Below are positions 35,088 to 48,200 of a stretch of DNA of 54,331 bases, in pieces. The notes under the pieces are model-generated. The model saw nothing but the letters and a program-made list of their open reading frames with translations. It made no database searches and was not told the origin of the DNA. The translations under genes were made by a program, and so were the position numbers. This DNA comes from Catajapyx aquilonaris (Eukaryota): the NCBI GenBank assembly GCA_000934665.2, contig KZ538680.1, forward strand, positions 1 through 54,331, written 5' to 3'. Within the stretch, counting starts at the first letter, position 1. Each line of letters begins with the position of its first letter.

Positions 35088-37485
35088 ATGGACGTCGTGG
35101 AACTGCTCAACTTCAAGGTAATAAAACCCTCAAAAAACTCATAAACAAAATGATAAAACGAACCTGCACACATGTCCAATAGAATCTGCATGAACGGAAC
35201 TAACATGTTGTTCATTACCTGCATCATAACTCTGAGCATGATGAACTCACTACATTGAATTCATCCGCAATGAATTCAATGTAGTGAGTTCATCATGCTC
35301 AGAGTTCGTCATGTGGAGCTTGTTTTTATGTATTGGCAGCCCAAGAGCATCCCGAAGCGTCCTCAGGACAAGGAGGAGGACCCTGACTTTGAGTACGACT
35401 ATGCCACCCGCCGCCGCAAGCTCCGTCGCCTGGGGTCGGTCTCCACGATGTCCCGGGACTACCCGCAGACCCCGCATCCGGCCCACCCGCAGTTCAGGCC
35501 ACCGCAGCCATCCCCGTCACCAGCCAGACGCAACATGCAGCCCAACACTTCATCTCCGGAGAGGCCACCGTCGTCCAGCCACGCCACGGTGAGCGACGGC
35601 GGCGGGGACGAGGACGAAGTTGAGCTGATCAGCGAGGAGGAGCGGAGGAGGATTCTGGAGATGGTGGAGGCCGAGCCGGAAGCGGAGGCACTGGACGAGA
35701 ACAGCCTCAAGAGGATGATCCTCTCCTTTGAAAAGAGAGCACTGCGCAACCAGGAGATGCGCATCAAGTTTCCGGAACTGCCTGAAAAGTATGAGCCACG
35801 TTTGGAGTCTTTTTCCACAAAATTAAATCGATTGATTCTTTGCCAGGTTCATGGAGTCGGAGCTGGAGCTTCACGAGGGGCTGCAGGAGCTCCACGCTTT
35901 GGCCACCGCCCCTGATCTCTACCCCATTTTTGTTGAGATGCAGGCAGTCCCATCGCTTCTGGGCCTTCTCTCCCACGAGAACACAGACATCTCTGTTGCT
36001 GTTGTCGATCTGCTCCAGGTAACTCTTCAACGAGCGGCTCAAGTGTGACGGAAAGTCTGATCGTAATTTTTGTTTCAGGAACTGACTGATGTGGACACCT
36101 TGAACGAGAGCGAGGAAGGTGCAGAGGTGTTGATCGACACCCTGCTGGAGCATCAAATATGCGCTCTCTTGGTACAAAACCTGGAGAGGCTGGACGAAAA
36201 TGTCAAGGAAGAGTCAGACGGAGTGCACAACACACTTGGTTAGTGCGTACTTTATGAAATAACTTGCTGGCAACTGACGGAATGTGTTTCAGGAATAATC
36301 GAGAATCTGACCGAGTTCAAGCCCGACGTGTGCTTGTTGACTGCTCAGCAAGGCCTGCTCGGCTGGCTGCTGAAGCGATTGAAGGCCAAGATGCCTTTCG
36401 ACGGGAATAAGCTGTACTCCAGTGAGATCCTGTCGATTCTGCTGCAAGGACACCAGGAGAACCACAGGGCTGTAGGTGAAATGGATGGAATTGACGTCCT
36501 GCTGCAACAACTTGCTGTGAGTCTGTAGGAAATCCCAAACGTACCTGAATCACAACCAAGTTGATATCATTTCAGTTCTACAAGCGGCACGACCCGTCAA
36601 GCGCTGAGGAGCAGGAGACTATGGAGAACCTGTTCAACTGCCTCTGCTCCTGTCTGATGCTTCCGCCCAACCGCGAGAGGTTCCTGAAGGGCGAGGGGCT
36701 CCAGCTGATGAACCTGATGCTGCGAGAGAAGAAGCTGAGCCGCAGTGGTGCCTTGAAGGTGCTCAACCACGCCATGTCCGGCCCACACGGGAAGGAGAAC
36801 AGCACAAAGTTCGTGGACATCTTGGGACTCAGAACGATCTTTCCGCTCTTCATGAAGACGCCTCACCGGAATCACCGGAAAGGACTAAGTGCCGAGGAGC
36901 ATGAAGGTACTGCGGGCGATGTGAAACGCTTGAGATTTGCTTCATCGCTTTGTCAATTTCAGAGCATGTGCTGTCGATAATATCGTCGATGCTTCGGAAT
37001 TGCAAGGGCTCTCAGCGCCAGCGTCTTCAGACCAAATTCACGGAGAATGATCATGAGAAGGTGGACAGGCTCATGGAGCTGCACTTCAAGTACCTGGACA
37101 AGGTGCAGGTCGTGGACGCACAGATTGATCGGGAGAGGGAGGTGAGTCTACAGTATGCCGCAATGCTAACGCAGCACATGTTACCTGCATGTTGAATCTG
37201 CAGAATTCTGGTGAGGACGACGAGGAAGACGACGTGTACCTCCGTCGGCTTGAGGGCGGCCTTTTCACCCTCCAGCTGGTGGACTACGTGCTCCTTGAAG
37301 TATGCGCATCCGGCACTCCCTCGGTGCGCCAGAGGGTACTCCAGACGCTCAATTTGCGGGGGGCCTCCGTGAAGACGATCAGGCACATAATGCGCGAGTA
37401 CGCCGGGAACCTCGGAGAAGAAGGAGACGACGAGTGGAAGCAGCAGGAGCAGCAGCACATACTCCAGCTCGTCGACAAGTTCTAA
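35088..37485 (+). CDS. CTNNBL1: Beta-catenin-like protein 1 (Prp19-complex spliceosomal ARM protein), about 608 aa
   Basis: Exons 35088-35117, 35340-35788, 35847-36018, 36079-36238, 36293-36516, 36576-36906, 36963-37141, 37204-37485 (1827 nt). Motifs MDVVELL, NQEMRIKFP..PEKFMESE, LLSHENTDI, ERFLKGEGLQLMNLML, KFVDILGLRTIFPLFM, YLRRLEGGLFTLQ. Confidence 0.97.
35228..35306. repeat. Perfect 37-bp-stem hairpin in CTNNBL1 intron 1
   Basis: 35228-35264 is the exact reverse complement of 35270-35306; 5-nt loop CCGCA. Confidence 0.95.
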
Positions 37486-37908
37486 AAGCTGCCCCTCTGT
37501 GCGATTGGACTTTGACCCATCAAAAGTACTCTTTATGCGTGTGTAGATGTAGCGAATACAGCAACCTGTCATTTTTTAAATGGTGTTCAGTATTTTTATT
37601 CCAGTTGGTGGGTAATTTTAAGCACTTGTTGGACCGTAACACCGGCGTAATGCAAATCTGATTATTCACAGTTATTAAAATAGTACAGTATTACCAATAT
37701 AATTACATTTTTTGCGATTTGTATTTGGCGGGCACAGTTTGGCATAAATATTTCCGGAAAATAGTTAATATATCACCACCTGACAATTTAGCACAATTGA
37801 TTTTAACTACGGTATATAAAAACATGTTCCATTTTTTTAAAAAGCATTCCGTTGGACGAAATATTTTGAACAGTTCGGATGCCAGCCGCATGAATGGGCC
37901 CGACTTAA

Positions 37909-37940
37909 CCACGTGACCCACAGTCTGTGACGTCACGTGC
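37909..37940. promoter_or_regulatory. E-box/CRE cluster upstream of Mff
   Basis: CCACGTGAC, then overlapping TGACGTCA/CACGTG (37928-37939), just before a CAG|GTAAGA donor that suggests a 5'UTR exon. Confidence 0.4.
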
Positions 37941-38200
37941 AATTTTTTTTTCAGGTAAGACTTGCTCTTGTTTCGTGCGTTTGTTTTTAATTGTTTTTAT
38001 ATTTAATCCACGCTCGTTAGGTCCTAATTGATCATTGAAATTTGTTCCCGTTTGGTTGCTGCTTCTTGATCTGTCGTTAGAACAAGGCAGCAGTGCAATC
38101 AGCTGTGGTTCAGAGGGCATGTCTCAGGCCTAGCTGTCTTTTAATCGCACAGAGTGACACATAATTAAATGTGATTAATTTTCGCAGTATTTATTGCAAG

Positions 38201-39113
38201 ATGTCGACCTCAACCAGCCCAGTCCACATCCCCCGCAAGGACCTAGACGGCTACTACGACCCTACCTTCACAGCGGACATCAACAACAAGATGAGGGTTC
38301 CGAAGAGGATCAGGGTCACAGGTCAGTTTGTTGTGCCCTCCGGAGTCGCAGCAGCTCATGACCCCCTTTTGTGTGCAGGAGACGACGACAATGACGACTC
38401 GAACCAGCTGCACTGGGGACGTCCTGCCCACAACGGAGGCGGAGGGGGCGACAAGTTTGAGATGCACGTACCCGATCGTATTCTGGTTGTGGGGCAGGAC
38501 CAGCACATGGGCACCAGGGCGCCTCCGAGGGAGCTGGTCCTGGAGAACGCCGTCATGCCGCCCGATCCTGGCATCGTCAGAGTGCAGGTAACGCTCGCTT
38601 TCGATCGATCTACGCAATTCATTTACGTTCTCTATGTACCAGACTCCACCGAGAGTTATCAGCTTGGACCAGCACATGTTCCCGACGGTGGAGGCGACAG
38701 AGCCGTCCAAGGAAGACCTGGAGGACTCGGACTCCGGGCTGGGACAGAACGGAGGGAACCACCTGTACGACTCCGCAATGGGCGGCACACTGCGGATGGC
38801 CAACATGGGCGCATCTGTCGACTCCGACTGCGGAATGTACAGGTATTACTTCCCTGTACTGCGCAGGGATTAAACTAACGGTACGTTTCGCCGCAGAGAG
38901 TCTCATCCTGGAATGGACACTTCGCTGGCGCCGTCTGAGGAAATGCAGCACCTGCGACGCCAGGTTGCTAGATTGAACCGGCGCATGATGGTGCTGGAAA
39001 TAGAGCACCAGAGCCACCAGCAGAGGGAGAAGCTGTATTTCGCTGTTGGAATCGCATATGTTGTATTGAAGGCACTTGCTTTTCTGCAGCGCTCATTTTC
39101 CGCTCGGAACTGA
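38201..39113 (+). CDS. MFF: Mitochondrial fission factor / Tango11 homolog, about 248 aa
   Basis: Exons 38201-38321, 38379-38587, 38643-38842, 38897-39113 (747 nt). Repeats MRVPKRIRV and MHVPDRILV, TPPRVISL, coiled coil LRRQVARLNRRMMVLE, C-terminal TM anchor. Confidence 0.93.
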
Positions 39114-40435
39114 AGTCTAGGGCTGGATTTATACCGTCGTTTATTTACCGCGAAAGGGACACTGGATTAGGTTTTGTGAACACCCTGGTTTTTTGCCCCC
39201 CTTTTAATTTTGGGGCGTTGGCGCAGATTCATGCCATACATTTTTGATGCTCATGTCCCAAATATTTGTCCAAACTTCCGCTCCTTGTACCTACAGCATG
39301 CTATATCGAACTCTCCATTTTCCGACCATGTTAAAGCGCAGGGCTAGGAAGTAATATTATTTTCCAGAGAGTTGCATGTGGCTGTTACTGCTCCAGTAGA
39401 GGTCGTGTAGTTAACATACTGCAAATCGGTACCTGCTCTGCACGCACTCGTTATATGGAATGGTGCATCGTAAGTGTGTAAAAAAAAAAGCAGATACTAT
39501 TTTACAGCTTATTGTTTCAAGCTCCTGATATGAAAGAACGCGTCACAAATGTCACTTAAAGGCAGATTAGTCACTACTTGTATTTTGGATAGCTTGAAGC
39601 ACTACTGGTAATGAACGTTCAGGTTAAAAGTTTCACTCAGCTGTATAAATTGCACGTAGTCATTACAACTTCCATTAAATTGAGGTGGAGACAGTAACAG
39701 CTACTTTCAACCAGTGAACTGCTGGAAATAATTTACGTCCTGCCCTGTTTGCAAACCTGTTGCAAGCAACCCTATTTCAAACCCTCGTATACTTAAAAGT
39801 TTTGATGATAGAAGCAGGAAATGTACTAGAAATAATGCGTTAAACATGATTAAGTTTGACAACTGTTTTTTTTACACTTAAAGTCAATAAACTACTACTG
39901 TTGAATTTGGATAATAAACATTTTCCCTTGCGTTACGTCTCGGTTATGATCAGTCAATTTTTGGATACAATTTGTTGTGTGAGAGTAGGCCAATTTTTTG
40001 TTTTAAAAAATGCGGGAATGTGTGGTTGTGAAGAGAGGAAAGGTGCCAAGGACTACAAGTGCGCCACCGGTCAAATGACGATTTTTTAAAAAATAATGTG
40101 AAGTTGGAACTCGAACAATTTGATGGATAACAGACAAAATAGTGAATACAATTTTTTTTTGTGTGTATCCTGAATCGATTAAAAAAGCAATTCAGTGTCA
40201 GTATTTGTTTAGTGTAGGCCTCAAGCATGCAACATGGTATGGCAAACCCGTATTCATCACAGCTAACGCTTGGGTGGTGTACCTTCTCTTGTCGTTCAAT
40301 AATGATTGATAGACACCAAACATCATGTGACATTCAGGACAAGTCCTATATCAGTAGGAATATTTCAGTTCATTTGCTACGGCTGGATTATGAGTTTTTG
40401 ATCGCATTGCCAGTACGGTGATTTTTGAAATTGTT

Positions 40436-42522
40436 ATGGCTCGTCATAATGCAATTGATTCGTGTTGGAAGTGCTGCATGATGTTGCTTACACTGACTAC
40501 GAGTGATGCTAGGTTTCCACACTTGACGTGCAATTTGAGTGTGGAAGAGCAACTGGTGAAGGACCTTGTAGGCGATCTGCTTGGATCTGGCTGCAGCCTG
40601 GTGACCATTAGCGACTTCATTGGGCATAGACACATCGCTGGCCGAGCATCGACAATGCAGTCGTCTTCGTATCGTCCGTCCATGTCTTTTCAGAGCAACG
40701 CAACCTTTAATCCAGCTGAGCCCACTTCCTTTACGAGCTTTACGCCACTCTTGGGCACATGGAGTGGACAACCATGCACTTTACATGTGGTGATGCCATT
40801 GTCACCAAGCAGTCTCTCCGGATTGGTGCTTCACCTGGCCAAATTGGTGCGACTGGACAATCTGCATCACCATTTCCTCATCCACTTGGACAGAGCACCA
40901 GACCTAGCAGCACTTGCGAAGCATCCGATTCAAGGCATTCGATTGAAACTGGTGACACACTACGAGAAGAGTAATCAGCAATTAGCATTGTCGACAGTTT
41001 GCTTTTTTTGCAATGAAGGTATGTGTTTTCCATTGAGCTTCAATTGAGCTTAAATTGCGACGTTCCCATTTTCAGGCAAACCGACGCTGCAGCACATTGG
41101 CGCATATCCTGGCGATTTAAGCTTGTCGGACATGTACCCAGATGTGTGGTCCGATCTACATGGGTTTCCTATCCGTGTGTCCATACCGCAAACCTTTTCG
41201 GTACCGGACTTGGACAGCATCCGGAAGATTATGGCCCTGGAAGGACCCACTCCAAGCGTCAATTTTTTGCAACACGTGATTCACAACCTGTGCCTGTATC
41301 TGAACTCAAGCATTAGTGTAATCCATGTACCTATTACTGACATCAAGCGTGAATTCAAAGAGAATGGAACGTGGGTTGGGTCGATAGGCACTGTACAATC
41401 AGGAAAGAGCCACATGGCAGGCATCACTTTCATCACAGCGGAATCCTATACCGACTTTGTGACAACAATTGCCTTGTTTGACGAATCCTTTGTGTTTGTT
41501 ACTCGCATTCCTCGACCTGTGCTGTCCTGGCATGCCCTGTTAAGCCCCTTCAGCTTGGCAATGTGGTTACTTGTATCAGGAACCTATCTCGTGCTGATCT
41601 GCATCTTTTCACTTATCGTTGCAATTGAAAGGAGGTGCTGCCGGAGATGGCTGCATGTCGGCTTATCACCTTTCCACGTGGGGCTCAGATACATTGTACG
41701 CTTCATTGTCGAGCAGCCTTGGAGTGTTAAGATTCGACATGTATCCGCCTTGCATGTACTTTTGCCGGCATTTTTCTTTTACATGTTGGTACTCACTAAT
41801 GCGTATAAGACGAAGCTACTGTCTCTCCTGACAAGTCCGGACAGGGAAGACGTGCCTGAGAGCTTCCAGCAGCTCCTGGATCACTTCCCACCTGATGACT
41901 CCGACTATTACAAGTGGGGAGCGCCTTACCTGGATTCCCTGATGTTGAAACGTTTTGGAACTGAAGCCAACCGTTCGGATTATGAAATGCTGGCCTCGGG
42001 AGAGTTGTTCGACACTCCATTGGAATGCCTGCAAGCTGCGCATGATGGTAAGTAACAACGTTCATGCACGCCAATCCGTAGCTAATCATTAATTAATTCT
42101 TCATTTCAGGCAAGTTTGCATGTGTGATACTGACCTTCTGGTTGCACCTGCACGAGAGCATGTTCTACGATCATCATGGAAAACTGGATTTGAAAGTGTC
42201 TGGAAATAAAATCCAGTCCAATCAAGTGGGATCTGCAATTGGTCGGGGCGAAGTGTTTGCCAGTAATGTGTGCAAAATGTCTATGAACCTGTTTGAAAGC
42301 AACTTGGAGAATAAATGGTGGCGGGACGAGGAGTTCATGTCCTGGCTGCGGTCAAGTAAAAGCAGAGTCTGGAAGGTAGAAACGGAGAGAGAGATGATGT
42401 CCGACCAGGTTGTGGACCTGTCCAAATTAGCTGCCGTATTCATAACTTGGTCAATTATGCTCGGATTGGCCGCTACGTCCTTTGTCTGCGAACAGGTCGT
42501 GAGGACCTTGAACATGACGTAG
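40436..42522 (+). CDS. Divergent ionotropic receptor (array copy 1), about 655 aa
   Basis: Exons 40436-41018, 41076-42047, 42110-42522. Signal peptide, NGTWVGSIG, PFSLAMW, VEQP, NAYKTKLLSLLTSP, LFESNLENKW, M4. Confidence 0.92.
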
Positions 42523-43031
42523 ATCAGTAGTTTGAACTGATATTTGCATGTTCATGTAGAAAATATAAGGCAGCCTGACAGATGCTTCATTGACGTATAT
42601 GCCGCTACTGTATCCTTAAAAAAATTACTTACTTTCTGACGGATCTGTACATTATTCCCTGCACGACCTTCTTTAAAATTGCATTTTTATTTTTGGGTGT
42701 ATTCATGTGGTGTCCCGAAGTAGTAGTGAATAACCTTGCGGAGGTATTTGAATGGAAATTTATTGTCTCTTATAAACGCAAATTACAGCTTAGAACGTAA
42801 CATATTTCATCTGTCGCCATTCATCGTGATGGATCACTCTGCCATTTGGGTGGGACTCTTATTGTGGCGTCGCAGAGACTGTCGTAACAGTCGCACTGTT
42901 GTCTCACTGCTGCGAAATTCCAGGTGATACGTCGACTGGGATTAATAATTTGAATTGTTTATTGTTGACTTGTGTAATTGTATCGCGAGCAATTATTGTG
43001 AGCGATTAGTCGGAGCAAGGTTGAGAGAAAC

Positions 43032-45103
43032 ATGGTCCAAATTCAGGCAGATGTTTGTAGGAAAACATTGATAACAATGGTTGCAACGATATTGGTGACT
43101 CAAGTGATAGGGACCACTAGTGATGTCCTGCAGGTGAAAGAGAGTGTGACCACGGAGGAACTGTTGGTGACAGGACTCGTTGGTGATTTGTTGGACTCCA
43201 GTTGTGGCCTGGTGACCATCACGGATGTTGACGACAATCGCGTAATGGCTAAGGCAGTGACGATGCAGTCTGCTGTGTATCGTACAGTCATGTCGTTCAA
43301 GAGAGTTGCAGTGACTGGTGATCAGATAACCCCTCTTTCTTTCACAAATTTGTCACCAACCTTTGGTGAGTGGACTGCACTGCCATGCACTCTTCATCTG
43401 ATCATGCCTTCGTTGCCCAATGGCACTGCCGCACTGGTACTTCACCTGGCCAAGACGGTGCTATTGGACAACTTGCGTCACAGGTTCCTTATCCACTTGA
43501 GAAGCCCTCATGCAGACGTGTTAGCGACACATCCGATGCATGGAATAAGACTGAAATTGGTGACCCACACTTGTGGGCAACAACTAAACATGTCAACCAT
43601 TTGCTTTTTTTGCCAGGAAGGTAAGCATTATTGCCACTTACAATGTGTGCGAATATAATACCAGGTGTGATTTTCAGGCAAACCGTCAGTTCGACATGTC
43701 GGCATGTACGTCAATGGCCGCAACATTTCCGACATGTACCCAGACACATGGTCCGACTTACATGGACTTCCGCTGCAGCTGTCCATCCCGGACATCGTTC
43801 GAGGAACAGATTTAGATAGAATCCGCATGAAAACAGCTCTCCACGGTCCCACTCCCACACTTTTATTTATCGAGCAAATGCTGTACACTTTGTGCACCAG
43901 CTTGAACTCAAGTCTTGGGTTCACATTTAGATCCCTAGATGAATTTGTAACAATGGACACCAGGCATCCAAACGGTACTTGGGGTTCCACGTATGGGGAC
44001 GTGCAATCTGGAAGGGCCCACATGACGGGAATTAGCTTCATCACACCGGAATCCTACGTTGATTTTCTGAACACAAGACCTTTCTTCCACGACTCAATCA
44101 TATTCGTAACGAAATCGCCTCACCCTGTATTGACATGGTACATCTTGATATCACCCTTTGACGCAGCGTCATGGGGATTGCTACTGGCCGCTGACATTTT
44201 ATTCATTTGCGCTCTTGCATACTTTATGAGAACCGAAAAGAAATTCCACCCCGACGTGCTTCTGGAATCACCTTTTCATGTTTCCTGGAAGTATGCCGTG
44301 CGATTCATGATTGAGCAACCGTGGCCGCTTAAGCTGGCGTACTTGTCCGCACTTCACTTGCTGCTCCCAACCTTCTTCCTGTCCACATTGCTGGTGAACA
44401 ACGCATACAAAAGCAGGCTTCTTTCGATACTGACCAGCCCGGAAAGAGAGAGCAGGCCGGAGACCTTCAGGGAACTGCTGGACCACTTCCCACCTGGAGA
44501 CTCGGATCATTACAAATGGGGCGCGTTCATGGTCGAGGCAATGGTTTTGAACCAGATGGGAATGGCAACCAATAACTCTGATTACATCGCTCTAGCTTCT
44601 GGAGACATATTTCCGCATCCAGCGGAGTGCATGAGAACTGCACAGAAAGGTAAGGCAGCGTATGAGCTTGATTACGGCAGGGTTGATCACTCTCCATTTT
44701 TTTCTTTACAGGCCGGTTCGCATGTCTGATCCTGACCTTCTTCATGCGGCTGCACCAGGCCTCGTTCTACGACCAACGAGGAAACCTGGACCTGCACGTA
44801 TCCAGAGACCACATCTATTTCGACCAAGTGGGAGCCGGAGTGGGTCGCGGTGAGGTGTTTGCCCTCCACATATACAACAAGGTGGTGCAGCTCTTCGAAT
44901 CCAACCTGCTGGACAAGTGGCTACGTGACGAGCTGTTCATGTCCATCGTCCGGTCCAGAAAGACCGGAGGAGCAGCAGCCTCGGAGCAAGACATGATGTC
45001 GGAACAGATAGTGGACCTGCACAAGCTGGCCGTCATATTCATCACCTGGTTTCTGTTCTTGGGAGTCGCCGCAATTGTGTTTGCATGGGAGCGTGCTCAT
45101 TAG
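43032..45103 (+). CDS. Divergent ionotropic receptor (array copy 2), about 650 aa
   Basis: Exons 43032-43620, 43678-44649, 44712-45103; same motifs and intron positions as copy 1. Confidence 0.92.
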
Positions 45104-45245
45104 TGTAATTAGTGCAATTAGTTCGTTTCAAAATTGCCGCCTTAATTTGTGCCATCTGTGGGCCAATCTGGCGAATTATTATTATTATTTGATTATATAA
45201 GCATTATCATGGTGTCCAAAAGCACGTGTGGTCAAATCGCATGAG

Positions 45246-48200
45246 ATGTCTGCTTATGAGGGACAATCCTGCAGCATCCAAAGGTCCATACGGATGGAGA
45301 GATCTGCCATGTTCATGCCGAACCAGGTAATTATTCACACTTCAAATTACCTACTCTTGTGCGTTGACGTACACGTGCAATTTTGCAGGTGGCAGGTGGT
45401 CTGCTGGCCGTGTTTGACAAGTTGATGTCGGAGGTGGCCATACTGATCCGGCCCCTGGTGATGGCCATGCCTGCAGCCGACCCCATAATGGTGGCCATCA
45501 GGAGCCTGCTGGAAAGGGTCGTGGTGGCACGCACCAGAAGGGACGGCCCGTCCTCAGGAGCCCTCATCAAGAAGGTCAGCTCTCGTGCTAATAAGACGAG
45601 CCACGATATTTTTCAACGCCTCTATATGTTTCCAGGCTGTGGAAGGTATCCTGACAAAGTATCCTGCAGCGCTAGTAAGTGACGAGGTGGTTCTCCTTTA
45701 CCTGCAAGTGCATATGATCGTCCTGAAGGCCTTGCAAGATCCCAGGGCGTATGGTCCGCTGGTGGTCAGCAAGGAGGTGACGCGGGTTCTGTTTGCATGC
45801 AGGGTTGAGCTCAGGTTTAACCTGCCCCTTGTCAACGTGTTGATACGAGACAAGGTGGTCCACATGCAGATGTTTGACATGTACCTGGCACAGGATATGG
45901 AGAGCGGGGCCAATTTGACAGCCGTGGACTTTGCAATGAGACTGGTCCATTTGTATCTCGTGGAAGAGAGGCAAAGTGCCCATGTCACGGATAATGACTT
46001 GTTCAACACTGTGGAGATGCTTGCGAGCATTGCCACATACTCCCTTCATCCTCCAGACAGGTAGGGTGATTTTTAAAACTTGGATGTAGCTCGGCACGCT
46101 ACCTTCTTCTCTAATTTTTCCAGGTTGACCGCACTGCTTGACCTTCTGAGGGAGAACCATTACCCAAGGTGTCCCATTGATGAATCACCTGGAGGCTCCA
46201 CGATTGACGAATCTCCTGGAAGCTCCACGATTGATGAATCACCTGGAGGCTCCACAACTGATGAATCACCTGTAGGCTCCACGACTGATGAATCACCTGG
46301 AGGCTCCACAACTAATGAAACACAGTCAGACAGTTCTGAGCCTCAAGAGTCCGATGACTCCCTTGGAATTCTGGAGAAGACAAAGTACATCTTAAGGGAG
46401 TGGGTGGCCATTTATCATTCGCCAACAGTGGGGAAAGACATCAACAAAGCCTCCGTGCTGTTGCTTCAACAGGTTCGGTAGTGAACAGAAAGTGTGGCGT
46501 GTCTGGGTCAGCCTTTTTATGGCCGCTTTTGGGATATTACGTTGAACCCTACTTTTCAGATGTACCTTTGCGGGCTGCTAAAGACTGATGAAGTCTTCAC
46601 TGAATTCTTTCGCCAGAGCACGCACATGTGTATGGAGATTACCTCCCAGTCCTTCATAGAGCAGCCTTCCTCTCAAAATCTGCCTCGAGTCCAGTGTTTC
46701 CATACTTTGAATGCCTTTGCAAAGCTGATTGCTCTCCTTGTGAAGCGCTCAGGAGGCGACGACAACACAGACATCAAGATCGACCTACTGGACAAAGCAC
46801 TGGGTACATTAACTGAGGTCCTGCTTCGAGACCATGAGGACCGTGGCGTAATGTTCCATCAACTGCCTTACCACCGAATGCTCATCATGCTTTTCCTGGA
46901 GCTCAATGCACCCGACCCAATTCTGATGGCAATCAACCAGCAGGTAATTGCATGCGTTCTGTATGGAATCATAAAGAGGAGGATTTCATAAGAATGTGGC
47001 CGTTTGGTACCAGTCGACTTGCATTGCCACTTCATTTTAATATCATATGGCTTTGTTACCAGGCACTGTATACATTCTGCACTGCATTGCACATCATACG
47101 CCCAGAAAAGGCCCCTGGATTCTCCTTCGCATGGCTGGAGCTGGTGTCGCATCGGGACTTCATTAGCCGCATGTTGGCCATGTCTCCTCAAGAGAAGAGC
47201 TGGGGGATGTACGCCCAGTTGCTCATCGACCTCTTCAAGTTCCTTGCCCCCTTCTTGAGGAATGAAGCGATTTCCGTGTCTGTTGGTCACCTGTACATGC
47301 GGACCCTGAAGGTCCTCCTGGTTCTCCACCATGACTGCCCAGATTTCCTTTGCGACTACTGTCACGAGTTTTGTGATGTAATCCCAACCAACTGCATCCA
47401 AATTCGGAACCTAATCCTTTCTGCATATCCCCGGATGATGCACATGCCACATCCCTACCTGGCCAACCTCCAGGTACCGTACTACTCAAATTTAGTGTAG
47501 AGCAGTTATCCATTCATGGCTGTGCGTGTTGGCTAGGATGCGACTCTGATGAATTGTGTTAAAGCCGTTGTCGTTCCTCAGGTGGACCTCCTTCCGGAGA
47601 TTGCAGTGGTCCCCAGGATTCTCATTGATTTCGACTCCATGATCCAGCCGCCATACTTCAAACAGGTATTGTATTCACACCCTTTTCCCACCCATCCGCT
47701 AGCCATATGTATGAACATATTGCGTCATATTTTCACCCACTGGTCTTGCAGGAATTGGATTTGTATATGAAGATCAGGGCACCGGTGGCCTTCCTTTTTG
47801 CATTGAAGCAATACCTCCGGGTGTCCAGTTATGAGCCAGGCATATGCTACAACCATTACGACATCCCGCTCATGAATGCACTTGTCCTCTACATTGGAAC
47901 CCAGGCCGTCGATTACATACTCAGCATGGGATTGGTTCCAAACATGACAACCATCAGGTTCTCCTACCATCTGGACCTCTTCTGGACTTTGAGCTTGAAT
48001 CTGGACACGGAAGGTAAGGAATTAATTTTAGCTTCAACTCATTAACTAATAGTTCCTGCAACACTGTCACAATATTTAAAACCAATTCCACGAGCATATA
48101 ACCAATTGTGCTGGAATATGTCAGATGTATTTGTGTGTGATATTTCATGCAGGTCGCTACGTGTTCCTGAATGCTATGGCCAACCAGCTGCGATACGCCA

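Noticed and set aside
39111..39170. Stop-codon readthrough of Mff
   Set aside because: The TGA context (TGA AGT) is not the leaky TGA-CTA type, and the extension has no recognisable signal.
46177..46311. CRISPR-like array
   Set aside because: Head-to-tail 27-bp units with no unique spacers, inside a eukaryotic coding exon.
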